A stretch of 63,486 nt of DNA, the filler included, from Globobulimina sp. (taxonomy: Eukaryota): NCBI GenBank assembly GCA_003354225.1. It is 22 parts of 22 records of this genome, joined end to end, with 100 filler letters (N's around TTAATTAATTAA, not from the genome) between each part and the next. Parts side by side here need not be neighbours in the genome. Positions count along the whole stretch, not along the records: positions 34,695 to 37,484 come from PIVH01004875.1; positions 37,585 to 40,374 come from PIVH01004876.1; positions 40,475 to 43,263 come from PIVH01004877.1; positions 43,364 to 46,152 come from PIVH01004878.1; 18 more parts are not named here. One strand, 5' to 3'. Shown piece after piece: positions 35,306 through 46,252 of this stretch (position 1 is its first letter; every line of letters starts with the position of its first letter). A program made the translations under genes and the position numbers. The notes under the pieces are model-generated. The model did not search any database and had not been told where the DNA came from. It was given only the letters and a program-made list of their open reading frames with translations.

Positions 35306-37484
35306 ATGTATTCCCATACAAACGGTGACTACGACTATCATCGGACTGAACTTGACCACTCCCACCAACACGAATATAATCCAGAATACAGTTCTCAAGA
35401 CGACATTGCATTAGAATTAAAAATGAAAGCAAACATCAATGCAACACAGATCGAAAACACAAACTATAGCAATATACAACATCACCACTCACACAATTCA
35501 ACCGTTTCCCTGACGCCCATTCACAATATGAACCTAACCCCAATCACCACAGACGACAACAACCTATCTTCCGACACTCAGACCTTTGAAAACCACGACA
35601 ACGCCAAAAATATCACCATCCGTATCGACAAAATCAACATTAACAATCACAACAACAATCTCAATATATACCACAGCAACTCGTCGCAACCACTATCATT
35701 AACAGAAAACACGTCAAACGCTTCCAGCTCCAGTTCAGGTTCAACCGCATCCACTTCCAGCTCCTCATCTTCCTCATCCACCTCAGCCACAGCCGCATCA
35801 TCCCAAACCAGCTCCGGATCCGCATCCAATTCCAGGACCACCGCATCCTGCCCCACCACCTACACTTCCATCGAACTGTCCATCTCAGCGCATGATAACC
35901 CAAACGTTTCTACCTTTTCTGTCAACAAAATGCCCTCACCCTTCAGGTCCGACAGTATCACGCAAGCATACACTGGCACCAACAGCGAGAATGGACCTTT
36001 TCTAATCACTCCTACGGCGGTGCGGCAGCTGCAGTCTCCCACAATGAACCCATCGCATATATCCAGGTCGATGCTGCCGTCGCCCAGCTCCAATATACAC
36101 ATACTGTCCGCGCCCGACATAGGCAGTGGCAACATTGAAATGGCTATTTCCAACGTTGACAGCTCAGGTTTACTCTGTTTGTACTTAAGTTTGTTAATTA
36201 AAAAGCGTTTGTCATTCTATTTGAGATACGCAAGTTGGGCCTGATATGGATAGGATGCTCGTTGGCGATGTCTGTACGCAGCAAAGTGAAGAATCGAAGC
36301 AGGCGGAAGCGGATAATGGCAGTGGTCGCTTTACTTTTGAATTTGATAAGAATCCATTTCGAAATGGCGAGTATAAGAATGATGTCAAGGTCAATCAGTC
36401 GCAGTCAGTGTCGAATACGTGTTCTAAGGTTAAAATGAATAAATTAGCACAGCAGGTTGAGATGTTTCAGCACAAAATGACCGATATGGAGCATCAATGG
36501 GGCAATCAGGAAATTGTGTATATGGCGAAAATAGAGACATTGCACAATAAGAATACTGCGGTCACTATGGAGATGAAGCAAAATTGTGAGTATATCTGCG
36601 ATATAGAGAATAAGTTGAAGGTCTTGGAAGATGTGAATAAAACGCTAAGGAAACGGAGCGAGGAACACAAGAATGATGTGGTGGAATATAAAGCAAATCG
36701 GTACTTGAATGACATTGAGATGTTGAAGTTGACGGAAGATGAGAAGGAAAAGGAGAGAATGTCAGAGAGTGAGGATCTGCATAATTTAGCACAACATGTA
36801 AATTTGAGTGACAATGCCGCAGTGTATAAAGCAGTGGATGTTGAGGATAAATATGAAGGGTTTGATGATAAAAAGATATGTTTGTTTTACGCCAATAACT
36901 GTCCAAAATGGCTGAATCAACGGTGGATTCGCAGTGTTTTTATCTGGATTATTATAGTTTGGATGTTGGTGAATATCATTGTTACTATAAATATTATGAT
37001 TAATCACTTCCATATCAGCGACATGCATGCGAATAACAGCAATATTGACATTATTGTTGAAATATGGAAGTTATACGAATTAAGTACCATTTATATATGG
37101 CTGCAAATATGTTTCTTATTGACATTGAGCATATTGTCAATCTATCAAAATATTCATTATTTCCCCAACAATCCAAAAGAAAATACGTTATTACGAACAA
37201 TATTAATAGCCATGGGATGTATTGTTATTTTGTGCAATTTGAGTGGAATTATTTGTAAATTGTTAGCCAAAGAAACTATTATCAATGCGCTGAGTATAGA
37301 GGATATTGTAAAATATGTAAACTTTTTTATTATCAATGTGCTATCGATATTGATTATGTTTTTATGTTTTTTTATTATTATAAAAAGGTCGTATGTCAAA
37401 TATAAAAACAATAGCAATGTTTTAACGGAAATTGTATTAACTTCCAACACTTCGCGTTTGCAGTGTTATAATCGGAATATTGTA
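35306..37484 (+). CDS. Hypothetical protein: Ser/Asn-rich N-terminus, coiled coil, four TM segments; two exons, 3' truncated
   Basis: Intron 36168-36225 joins ORFs 35306-36244 and 36246-37532 in frame. Confidence 0.7.
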
Positions 37485-37623
37485 NNNNNNNNNNNNNNNN
37501 NNNNNNNNNNNNNNNNNNNNNNNNNNNNTTAATTAATTAANNNNNNNNNNNNNNNNNNNNNNNNNNNNNNNNNNNNNNNNNNNNCTTTCTCCAATCGACA
37601 GCAATATAGCATGCAACATAGTT

Positions 37624-39255
37624 ATGATGATCAATCAGAATAAATCGACAGAAAATATTAATGCCCGGCCTCCTATCAATGATATTGTGGTCGAAGAATT
37701 CGATACCATCGATAACTTATTTCAACCCACTCCCGTTCCCTTAATAGCTGACAATGGAAATACAAACGACGACAATAACGATATTGTGAACGATACAATG
37801 TTCAATGAATGGGTATTGGTACAGTCTGTCGATTGGAATGATATCAAAACAGGTCAAGTCATTAAGATTAAAGAGACCAAAAACAATCAATTTGCGACTG
37901 CAATCATTCAAAACATTGACTTATCACAAATGAATATCGCTATTCAACTCACAAATTGTTGGATATTTTGTCACCAAACTATCGATATTATCACATCAAA
38001 TCGCATGATTTATTTAATTGAAAACCAACAGAAATCTAACGATGTCAAAGCTGATTTACTCTCTCATTCCGATGCGACTGCAAATAACGAAAATGATGGC
38101 AAGAACGGAGAGAATGAGATATATTTCGATCCGACGCAGTTATATGAGTCTATGAATGGGCTGAAAGACGACCAGAATGAGTTTAAATATTGGGTACAAT
38201 CGCAATTTACAGAGATCCACTCCAATAACGACCAATTAAAAGATGTATTGACTGATTATTTGGACGAGAAAATGAATAAATTATTGCAGATATTAGAGAA
38301 TCAACAGTATAGCATACAGTCTCTTATGCAGTCGCATGAACAGCAGAAGAATGCCAATAACATCAATAATATTAATAATAGTATCGACAACGCAGCAAAA
38401 ATAGATTGGGACTGGGATAGCATTGAAAATCGTATCGATGACAAAATAGAGTCTGTAGTGAAGGTGCAATTGGAGGAGAAATTTGGTAATTTAGCACAAG
38501 AGATTGGACAGGAAATCGCAAAAGAAATTGCTCAAAATAGCAATGACAATGTACCGATTGGGGAGAACAGCGATGATATTTTGAAAGGCGGCAGTGAGGG
38601 CAGCGAGGATCGGAAAAATAAGCAACAAAAAATAGATTGGACGTATCGTGTGGTCTCACATAGTAAATTGAAACAGAACAAAGAAGATATTTTTCATGAG
38701 TATGGATATTGGATAATGCATAATTTATTTGCTAAATGGAATCAACAGTCCATATCAACTACGTATAAGCCGGGCGATTGTACGCCGTTGGAATTGAATA
38801 AAAATTATAATAAACCATCGCAATCGCATTCATATATTACCATTGAGCTATACAGAGCTATTTATGTGAAACAGATCTCTTTGTTTCATTATCATTCTGT
38901 TGTGTTGACACAAACCGCCATTAATGCGGCACCTAAAAATTTTCAAATTTGGGGCAGTTTTAATTTAACAAAATGGTATGATTTAGGCAATTTTTCGTAT
39001 AATTATTATGAGAGGGAAGATACGCAATATTTTGATGTGTTTGATATGGCGAATGATCGTAAAAATGTAGTAATTGATACTTCATTGGATGGAAATGGAC
39101 AGATTTTAAATGATACCTCGATGGTTACAAATGGTGTTTATGAGGATTATATGATGGGATTTAAGTTTATTGCATTTAGGTTGTTATCTAATTATGGCGG
39201 CAGTGATTATGGCTGTATTTACAGGTTGAGAGTATTTGGTGATATTGTTTCTTGA
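37624..39255 (+). CDS. C-terminal SUN (Sad1/UNC-84) domain protein, probably 5' truncated
   Basis: Coiled coil, then PGDC...ITIEL...ISLFH...AAPKNFQIWG...LGNFSY...QYF...LSNYG...CIYRLRVFG. Confidence 0.92.
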   Translation: MMINQNKSTENINARPPINDIVVEEFDTIDNLFQPTPVPLIADNGNTNDDNNDIVNDTMFNEWVLVQSVDWNDIKTGQVIKIKETKNNQFATAIIQNIDLSQMNIAIQLTNCWIFCHQTIDIITSNRMIYLIENQQKSNDVKADLLSHSDATANNENDGKNGENEIYFDPTQLYESMNGLKDDQNEFKYWVQSQFTEIHSNNDQLKDVLTDYLDEKMNKLLQILENQQYSIQSLMQSHEQQKNANNINNINNSIDNAAKIDWDWDSIENRIDDKIESVVKVQLEEKFGNLAQEIGQEIAKEIAQNSNDNVPIGENSDDILKGGSEGSEDRKNKQQKIDWTYRVVSHSKLKQNKEDIFHEYGYWIMHNLFAKWNQQSISTTYKPGDCTPLELNKNYNKPSQSHSYITIELYRAIYVKQISLFHYHSVVLTQTAINAAPKNFQIWGSFNLTKWYDLGNFSYNYYEREDTQYFDVFDMANDRKNVVIDTSLDGNGQILNDTSMVTNGVYEDYMMGFKFIAFRLLSNYGGSDYGCIYRLRVFGDIVS

Positions 39256-39552
39256 CAGTCTTTCGACAGTCTTGTTCCATTTAACTGATTTGGTGTTTTT
39301 TTGTTTTTGTGATCATATTTACAAGCACATTCAAGTGATTTTATATGAATGTGTGTGGGGGTTTGTATTTTACTATTTTCCAGCATTAACTCTCAAATGG
39401 CTCCTCTTGGTTCTATGACTGAAATATTCTCGTTTATTGCCGTAAGATTGAATTTTTGTATGGGAACAGAAATTTTGTCGCGATTTGAGATTTTAAAATC
39501 ACACAGAATTTAGTACAAATCAATGAAAATGCCTCACGAGTGTTTATAATAA

Positions 39553-40374
39553 TTAGTACATTTGATCTAATTCTTTAACTAATTTAGTCAAAGCATATGT
39601 TTCTTGACTCATATTTGTTTTTATTGGGAGGGTTTGTATCGATTCTAGGAATTTCTGCATTTTTTTTTGATTTAAATCACCAATCATCATTTTATTTGCC
39701 TTATCATCGGCTCCATCATCCTCATAATCCATTGGATTTAAATATTTTATCTCTTTTCTTTCTTCTTTTCTTTCACTTTTAGTTATATTCATTTCAAATT
39801 CATCCCAATTATAAAAATCCATATTAATCGCATCATTGCCAATATATCTCGGTTGGAATTTATTCGATTTTGCAATTGAACTCAATGAATATGTTTTCTT
39901 TTTTTGGTTTAATTTATATTTATTATTATTGATAACTTGTTGTACCGCGTCTAAAAATAATAGCAATCTCGGTTTATCTCTAAATAAACTATTCAACTGC
40001 TCCAAAAATTCAATTTTATTTGATCTCATTAATTCATGTCTCTCTTTTGATTTTGCTTTTTCCTCTTTACGACATACTACATCGTTGTAAATTGTTTCTA
40101 TTTCATCCAAAAACGTGCCTACCTCAATAAAATCAATTGCATCCTCTGCTAAGTCATGATGATCAGCGGCTGCATTGATTGCTTTTTGTGCTTTAATACT
40201 TTGTATCAATGGTTCAATGCAAGTAACAAAGGAACTCATTCCAGGATCCACATAAACACCATCTTCATTTAAATTTGTTATATAATCATTTATACTCAAT
40301 TCTCTCTCCAATCTCTTGGATTTGATAAACTTGTCATATGATACTAAATGGTTTAGATATTCAATGTTAAGAGT
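39553..40374 (-). CDS. Hypothetical protein, 5' truncated
   Basis: More than 250 open codons running from the contig edge; no recognised motif. Confidence 0.55.
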   Translation of the reverse strand, partial: TLNIEYLNHLVSYDKFIKSKRLERELSINDYITNLNEDGVYVDPGMSSFVTCIEPLIQSIKAQKAINAAADHHDLAEDAIDFIEVGTFLDEIETIYNDVVCRKEEKAKSKERHELMRSNKIEFLEQLNSLFRDKPRLLLFLDAVQQVINNNKYKLNQKKKTYSLSSIAKSNKFQPRYIGNDAINMDFYNWDEFEMNITKSERKEERKEIKYLNPMDYEDDGADDKANKMMIGDLNQKKMQKFLESIQTLPIKTNMSQETYALTKLVKELDQMY

Positions 40375-40474
40375 NNNNNNNNNNNNNNNNNNNNNNNNNN
40401 NNNNNNNNNNNNNNNNNNTTAATTAATTAANNNNNNNNNNNNNNNNNNNNNNNNNNNNNNNNNNNNNNNNNNNN

Positions 40475-43263
40475 CGAGAACGACTCGGCGCGCGCTGTGT
40501 TGGCGGCGTTGGAATTGCGCGAGAAAATAGGCAGAAAAAAGCAGCCCGCTGCCATCGGCGTGTCGTGCGGCACGGTGTTTGTTGGCATTATTGGCAGTAA
40601 AGGCGTGCGCAGAGAGTATGGCATCTTGGGGGACAAAGTGAATTTGTCTGCGCGTTTGATGGCGTTGTCCAAGAAGAATCCAGTCAAATTAGGCGAAGTT
40701 ATTGTCGACTCCTCGGTGTATTTGCGCGCCAAGAACGAGATCCGAATCGAATGGACAGATCTGGGCTGGATATGGGTCAAAGGCAAAATGGATAAGGTAC
40801 ATATCTGGCGGCCGGGTACCAACAATATCCCCATTTCTGCGCATAAAATCGGGCAAGCAGTGTACTTGGAAACTAGTGATAAAGTGTCGTTGAAGCACAT
40901 TATGAATGAAATCGATAGCTTCAAACACCAGAAAATCAAAACTGGCAAAGTCATATTGATCGAAGGCGAGATCGGCATTGGTAAGACGTCGTTGTTGGGA
41001 CAGATCCAAGTACGCAATGCCACGTCGGTCTGGTTTTTATGGGGCAAAGCCAATGAGTTTCATGAGTGCTATAATACGCCCTATATCGTATGGAAGCAGA
41101 TATTATTAGGTTTCAGCTCTCGTTTCTCACTCATTACCACCAAAAATAGATATTTATTCAGCTTATATATCAAACAGCGACGGGGCGACTTATTTGAATG
41201 GTTATTTTTAATCAATGATTTGATTGATTTGGGCAATTACACGTTGTTGGAAGCGGAATATATGCCTTGTAACTATTCATCGTCGAATATGAATAAATTG
41301 CGTGCTGCGCCATCGTATAAGATCGATAAATGTAGACATGACATCGTGTTCACTTTATTAGAATGGGTCGCCAGAGTCAAACCTATCGCCATTATCATCG
41401 ATGAATTGCAATATTTGACGCGCAAAGACTGGCAAATCACGCGCCGTTTATGCGGCTTGGTCAAGCGGGCAATCCTCAAAAATATGATCGTATTTCTAGG
41501 CAGCACTCCCATCGACAATCATCGCTACACTCCGCTCTTTAAGAAAGTAAATGTGATCGATTACTATCGAGAAATACGCGTGAAATACGCGGATAAAACC
41601 ATTGTGCCGTCGGCTTGGGATTTCAAACAGACCAAGTTTTTCATCAAGAAATATCTGGATATCGGCGACGTATCGCAACGCGTAGTGATGAGCATACATT
41701 CGCAATGTGGCGGGAGACCTGGTTTTTGCGAGAGATTTATCTATGAATTAACCACACAAACCAATGACAGCAATGATAACAAGTTTATCCATGTATGTAA
41801 AACCAAGACGGATCGCTTAAAGAATGGCAATAAACATAAGCCGATGATCGCCAATGACCGCAATGAGTTATATGGCGCCTTTGACGATGAAATTGATAAC
41901 AGATTTAAGATCGGATTGGATGTCAAGTTCCCCATTCCAGTGTATATTATGAGCATAACCCTGTCGCATTGTGACAAATTAAACGCGGAGCAATCGTTTA
42001 TACTCAAGGTAGCGTCCATTATTTGCAAATCGAAAGGGAACAATTCGGTGCAGTTTGAGGAACATATGTTGCGTGGTTGTCATCCTTTGGCTGAAACGGG
42101 AATGAATGGCAAACAACGATTACGCACTCAATTGGGCGCATTGTGTAAGATGAGGTTCATTAAGCGATGCAGCATCGGGCAGAACAATGATAAGATGAAG
42201 AATGGTTTGCATTTATCCAATAAGCCATCGTATAATAATTTCGATATTGACCCCATTGAGTTGAAAAAGAAAGAAAAAGAGCAGCAAATGATGCTGGATA
42301 TAAATCATGTCGATTTGACGGAATTCGATGGGATTACGGATCCGATGCCGGCGACCAAAGCGTTGTTGCGCGAACCATACAAATCCGTGCCGTATAAACG
42401 CGGTAAAATGTTCAAACGAGGCGTGAATTTTATAAATATGACGGAGACGCAGCGGATATTTGTATTTAAGCATCGGACATTGTATTGGATTAAAGACGAG
42501 AATGAGGAATATCCGCGGAGCAGAATCAAGTTTGATGAGTCTGTGCATAAATTGAAGCGGGAAGATATGAGGTCGTGTTCTATAAAAACACCGCGGAAGG
42601 AATATATATTACGGTGTCAAAAGAAGAAAGATATGGATCAATGGTTCAAACTGTTTAAACAAGCCTTGACTTCGAATTATTTATCGGAGGCTATGACGAT
42701 GCGAATGACCAATCACACTGAAAATGAGTCGAAAAAGGATAAAAAAGTGAAAAATAAATATAATAAACGCGCCGAGAATAAAAAACTTGGTCCAACTAAT
42801 TCGATGGAAGAGTTATTGCGGGGATCCGTAGTTGATGTGGATTATAATCGTATGGATAAAATTAAAAAACGACCAATGAAACAATATAAGCATGCAAACA
42901 ATGCGCATGCACATAATGGCAATAAGGGGTATAATTTAGCACAGTTTGACGATACGCCGCAGGTAATTCGGAAAGCTGTGTCCTTCGTAGATGGCTCAGA
43001 TGAAGACGAGGAGGATGATATTGAATGGGATGGTGATGGCATGGATGTGGTGGCCAGTTTGCGGCAACAATTCTCGAGTGATACAGTACAAATTGATTTG
43101 ACTGGCAATGGGCATACTGCGCTTGTTGGTGGCTATGAAGAAGCATCTGTGTCAAACTCAAATTCGAGTTTAGAGAAAAGGATATCGCCAGAATTATTAT
43201 TGCACGCATCCCACACTGCAGAGCGTGAACGTAAGATAGATGATGATGAGTATGATTTGATTG
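40475..43263 (+). CDS. Soluble adenylyl/guanylyl cyclase (ADCY10/SgcA-like): end of cyclase domain + STAND P-loop NTPase + PH domain; truncated at both ends
   Basis: AIGVSCGTVFVGIIGS...RREYGILGDKVNLSARLM; ILIEGEIGIGKTSLL (Walker A), IAIIIDELQY (Walker B), GGRP.F, DKLN....ILKVASII; PH at ~42392-42667. Confidence 0.9.
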
Positions 43264-43450
43264 NNNNNNNNNNNNNNNNNNNNNNNNNNNNNNNNNNNNN
43301 NNNNNNNTTAATTAATTAANNNNNNNNNNNNNNNNNNNNNNNNNNNNNNNNNNNNNNNNNNNNGTTAAGTAATCTTTGAATTTCATTTTGAGTTTGTGAT
43401 GTGCTGGAAAGTGAAAACTTTACAGACTACAGTCTGACACTTTCAACTTA

Positions 43451-44982
43451 ATGTCGTCACCTTGCAATATGCCATTGTCTATGCTACTATTATTGAACCA
43501 AATAATAGCATCTTATTCTTTAAGCATCACTAGTGTTTACGTAATAGTTGATCCATTATCCACAAGTAAAAACCCAGTCATTCAATTAAAAGATAGTTAC
43601 AGTTATGATGAGCAACAGGTTGGATACATAAACGAACATTTGCTTTGTGTTAGCGTTTATATGAAAGGAAGCAGTTCAACTCCAAACTCATGGTTCAAAA
43701 TGCAAGCTAACCAACAAGGCACTGGCAGTTACAGTATAAGTCACAATCATACATTTATCAAACCACTGTCATTAAAATTAACATTTTCCGAAGAACCAAC
43801 TACAAATTATACATGGAATTCATTCTTATTCAATCTGGACGGAACTACAATATATCATCTATATATCAATAAAAAAACAACGTCTTCCCCAACACCATCA
43901 CCATCACCATCACCAACAGCATCCTCAAACAGCACATTACTTGCAAGCATCGAACACAATGATGAATATGTATTGCCACAAGAAAATATAAATAATAATG
44001 CATTGGTATTTGATCAATTATTTATATCGTTGGTTATTGTATCCACTGTGTGCATAGTAATGTGTGTCTGCTGTATCAGTGTTTGTTGCTGTTTCTATTT
44101 TTATCGCAATCTACATGCAAATAACAGCAAGCAGACTCCTCGTAAACCACCAACGGTCCCAACAGCAGCAGCACCACCACCTCCACCTCCGCCACCGCCA
44201 CCAATTCAATATGTATCAATGCACAAAGCCAGCGATTCATTATCATCGCTAAGAATTAATCCGTTGGCTCAGAATATTGAAGGTTGCCAGGAAGAGAGCC
44301 TTCAGAAATCTATGATTGAATTGGTACAAATCGTGCACAAAAACGATGCTGATTTACAATCTGAGAAACCAGAAAACGTAAATAATAATTCGCCAAAAGT
44401 TGCATTATTGGAAAACATAAGCAACAAATTAAAAAGCGTCATGTCGGTGTCATTACGAAAGCTATCTAAATCCAGCAGCCTTTGCGATGATGATATTGTG
44501 CTCAGACCAGGTTTGTTTCGATTGCATTGGGAGTAGTACTATGTACAATTTATACAAAATATATAATAGAATCTAAAGCAAGAACATCCATTTCATTGTA
44601 TAAGAAATCATATTCATTGAGTATGGACCAAGTGAACCAATTAAAACATGGCTCCGCTATACAAACAGTGGACGGAGTATGTATTAAAGTGGATGGAAAC
44701 TCAAACCAACAACAGAAATATTGCAAATTGCCAGCTGACACAGTGCAGAATGGAAAGAGTATGGCCATGGATGACGAGTATAATTATAATCAATATCAGT
44801 ACACCGGTGATGAATATGGCAGCGATAATGAGAATGAAGAGTCTCGAGAGTCATCGACATCACATGAGTCAATGTATAATTATCAAGCAAATGGGAATGA
44901 CACTGATGATGGCTCAAATAAAGATTTTGAAGTACTGGTGGTTAAAAATTATATGATTAGGTTGTCTGAAGAAGGATTGTAA
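43451..44982 (+). CDS. Type I single-pass membrane protein with a Cys-rich TM end and poly-Pro tail, two exons
   Basis: Hydrophobic N-terminus, SPTPSPSPSPT stalk, TM ending CCISVCCC, PPPPPPPPPP; intron 44511-44569 in frame. Confidence 0.7.
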
Positions 44983-45245
44983 ATAATAATAATAGATGTT
45001 TTTATATATTAATAAATGTGATTAATTAGTTTTTTTTCTCCTGAGTTAATTTTTTTTTTGTGTGTTATAGGTTTGTAATTGTTTGTGTTTATTTTTACTA
45101 CTTTTTTCTCCTTATACAATATGACAATCTGGCAACAGATACTCAGACAAATTTAGACAATACTATATGAACATTTTGATTTATGGCATGACCAATTATT
45201 TAATCATGCGGATTCATGCATGTATGTATGTATAAAAAATAAAAG

Positions 45246-45656
45246 TTATTTTATGATGGAAATGTCATCAAACTGATTCTGTGCAAATTTATCAGTATCA
45301 AAATCTTCATCTATGCCTCCTCCAAATGGTCCACCATGGCCATATTGTTCAGTTTCAGTTTCAGAATACACGGATACAAAATTATAATTACTATATTTGC
45401 CCCGTCTTAATAGTTTTCTTAATCTCGGCGCATTTTTTTTACAATATCGAACAGATACAAATGATAGACATATTCCAACTAATATTGCCCAAAAACATAT
45501 CATTGCAATTCCTCTCCATGGACGTAACAATTGCCATAAACCCATTTGTGTTGGTTCATCATTAATTGGTGCCACTGAATCATCAGATTTTATCTGTTGA
45601 ATTTCTGATAAATACAGAAATGATAAAAATAGGAATCGATTAAAATACATGAACAT
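45246..45656 (-). CDS. Small signal-peptide + single-TM protein
   Basis: Hydrophobic N-terminus, TM GIAMICFWAILVGICLSFVSV, basic stop-transfer segment, acidic tail. Confidence 0.6.
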   Translation of the reverse strand: MFMYFNRFLFLSFLYLSEIQQIKSDDSVAPINDEPTQMGLWQLLRPWRGIAMICFWAILVGICLSFVSVRYCKKNAPRLRKLLRRGKYSNYNFVSVYSETETEQYGHGGPFGGGIDEDFDTDKFAQNQFDDISIIK

Positions 45657-45809
45657 CCTTCAAGTTGTGAAATGATTTGCTTTGAAACACGAAGCAATTA
45701 TTGCTGGCAAGTTTTGAATTAAAAACTATAAACAAGCATGGCATACCAACTACATAGCTCCGATTGTAAATATATAATTGATAGTAAGCAACACGACAAA
45801 ACAAAAAAG

Positions 45810-46151
45810 TCAATGTAATTTTTTCAGATGTCTGGTTAAGTTTGATTTAATAGTAAATGATTTATTACATTTCCTGCAAATAAATAATATTCTATTATTC
45901 CTTGATAAATGCGATGATAAATGATATTTTAAACTTGATTTTTTTTTGAATATTTTATGACATTTTCTACAAACAAATTGTTTTTGTGTATTACAATGCA
46001 TCGTATGACAGTATTTAATATGCTATCTCAATGTGGATGGATCGGTAAATGATTTCTTACAAATTTTGCATCTCTCACTCCTGTCATTATTATGTATCCT
46101 ATTATGAATTAATAAATACCTGTTATTATTGAATGATTTATTACATCCATC
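45810..46151 (-). CDS. C2H2 zinc-finger array (last four fingers, 5' truncated) with one in-frame TAG; possible pseudogene
   Basis: GCNKSF...LLIHNRIH, CKICKKSFTDPSTLR*HIKYCH, CRKCHKIF...LKYHLSSH, CRKCNKSF...LTRHLKKLH. Confidence 0.85.
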
Positions 46152-46252
46152 CNNNNNNNNNNNNNNNNNNNNNNNNNNNNNNNNNNNNNNNNNNNNTTAA
46201 TTAATTAANNNNNNNNNNNNNNNNNNNNNNNNNNNNNNNNNNNNNNNNNNNN

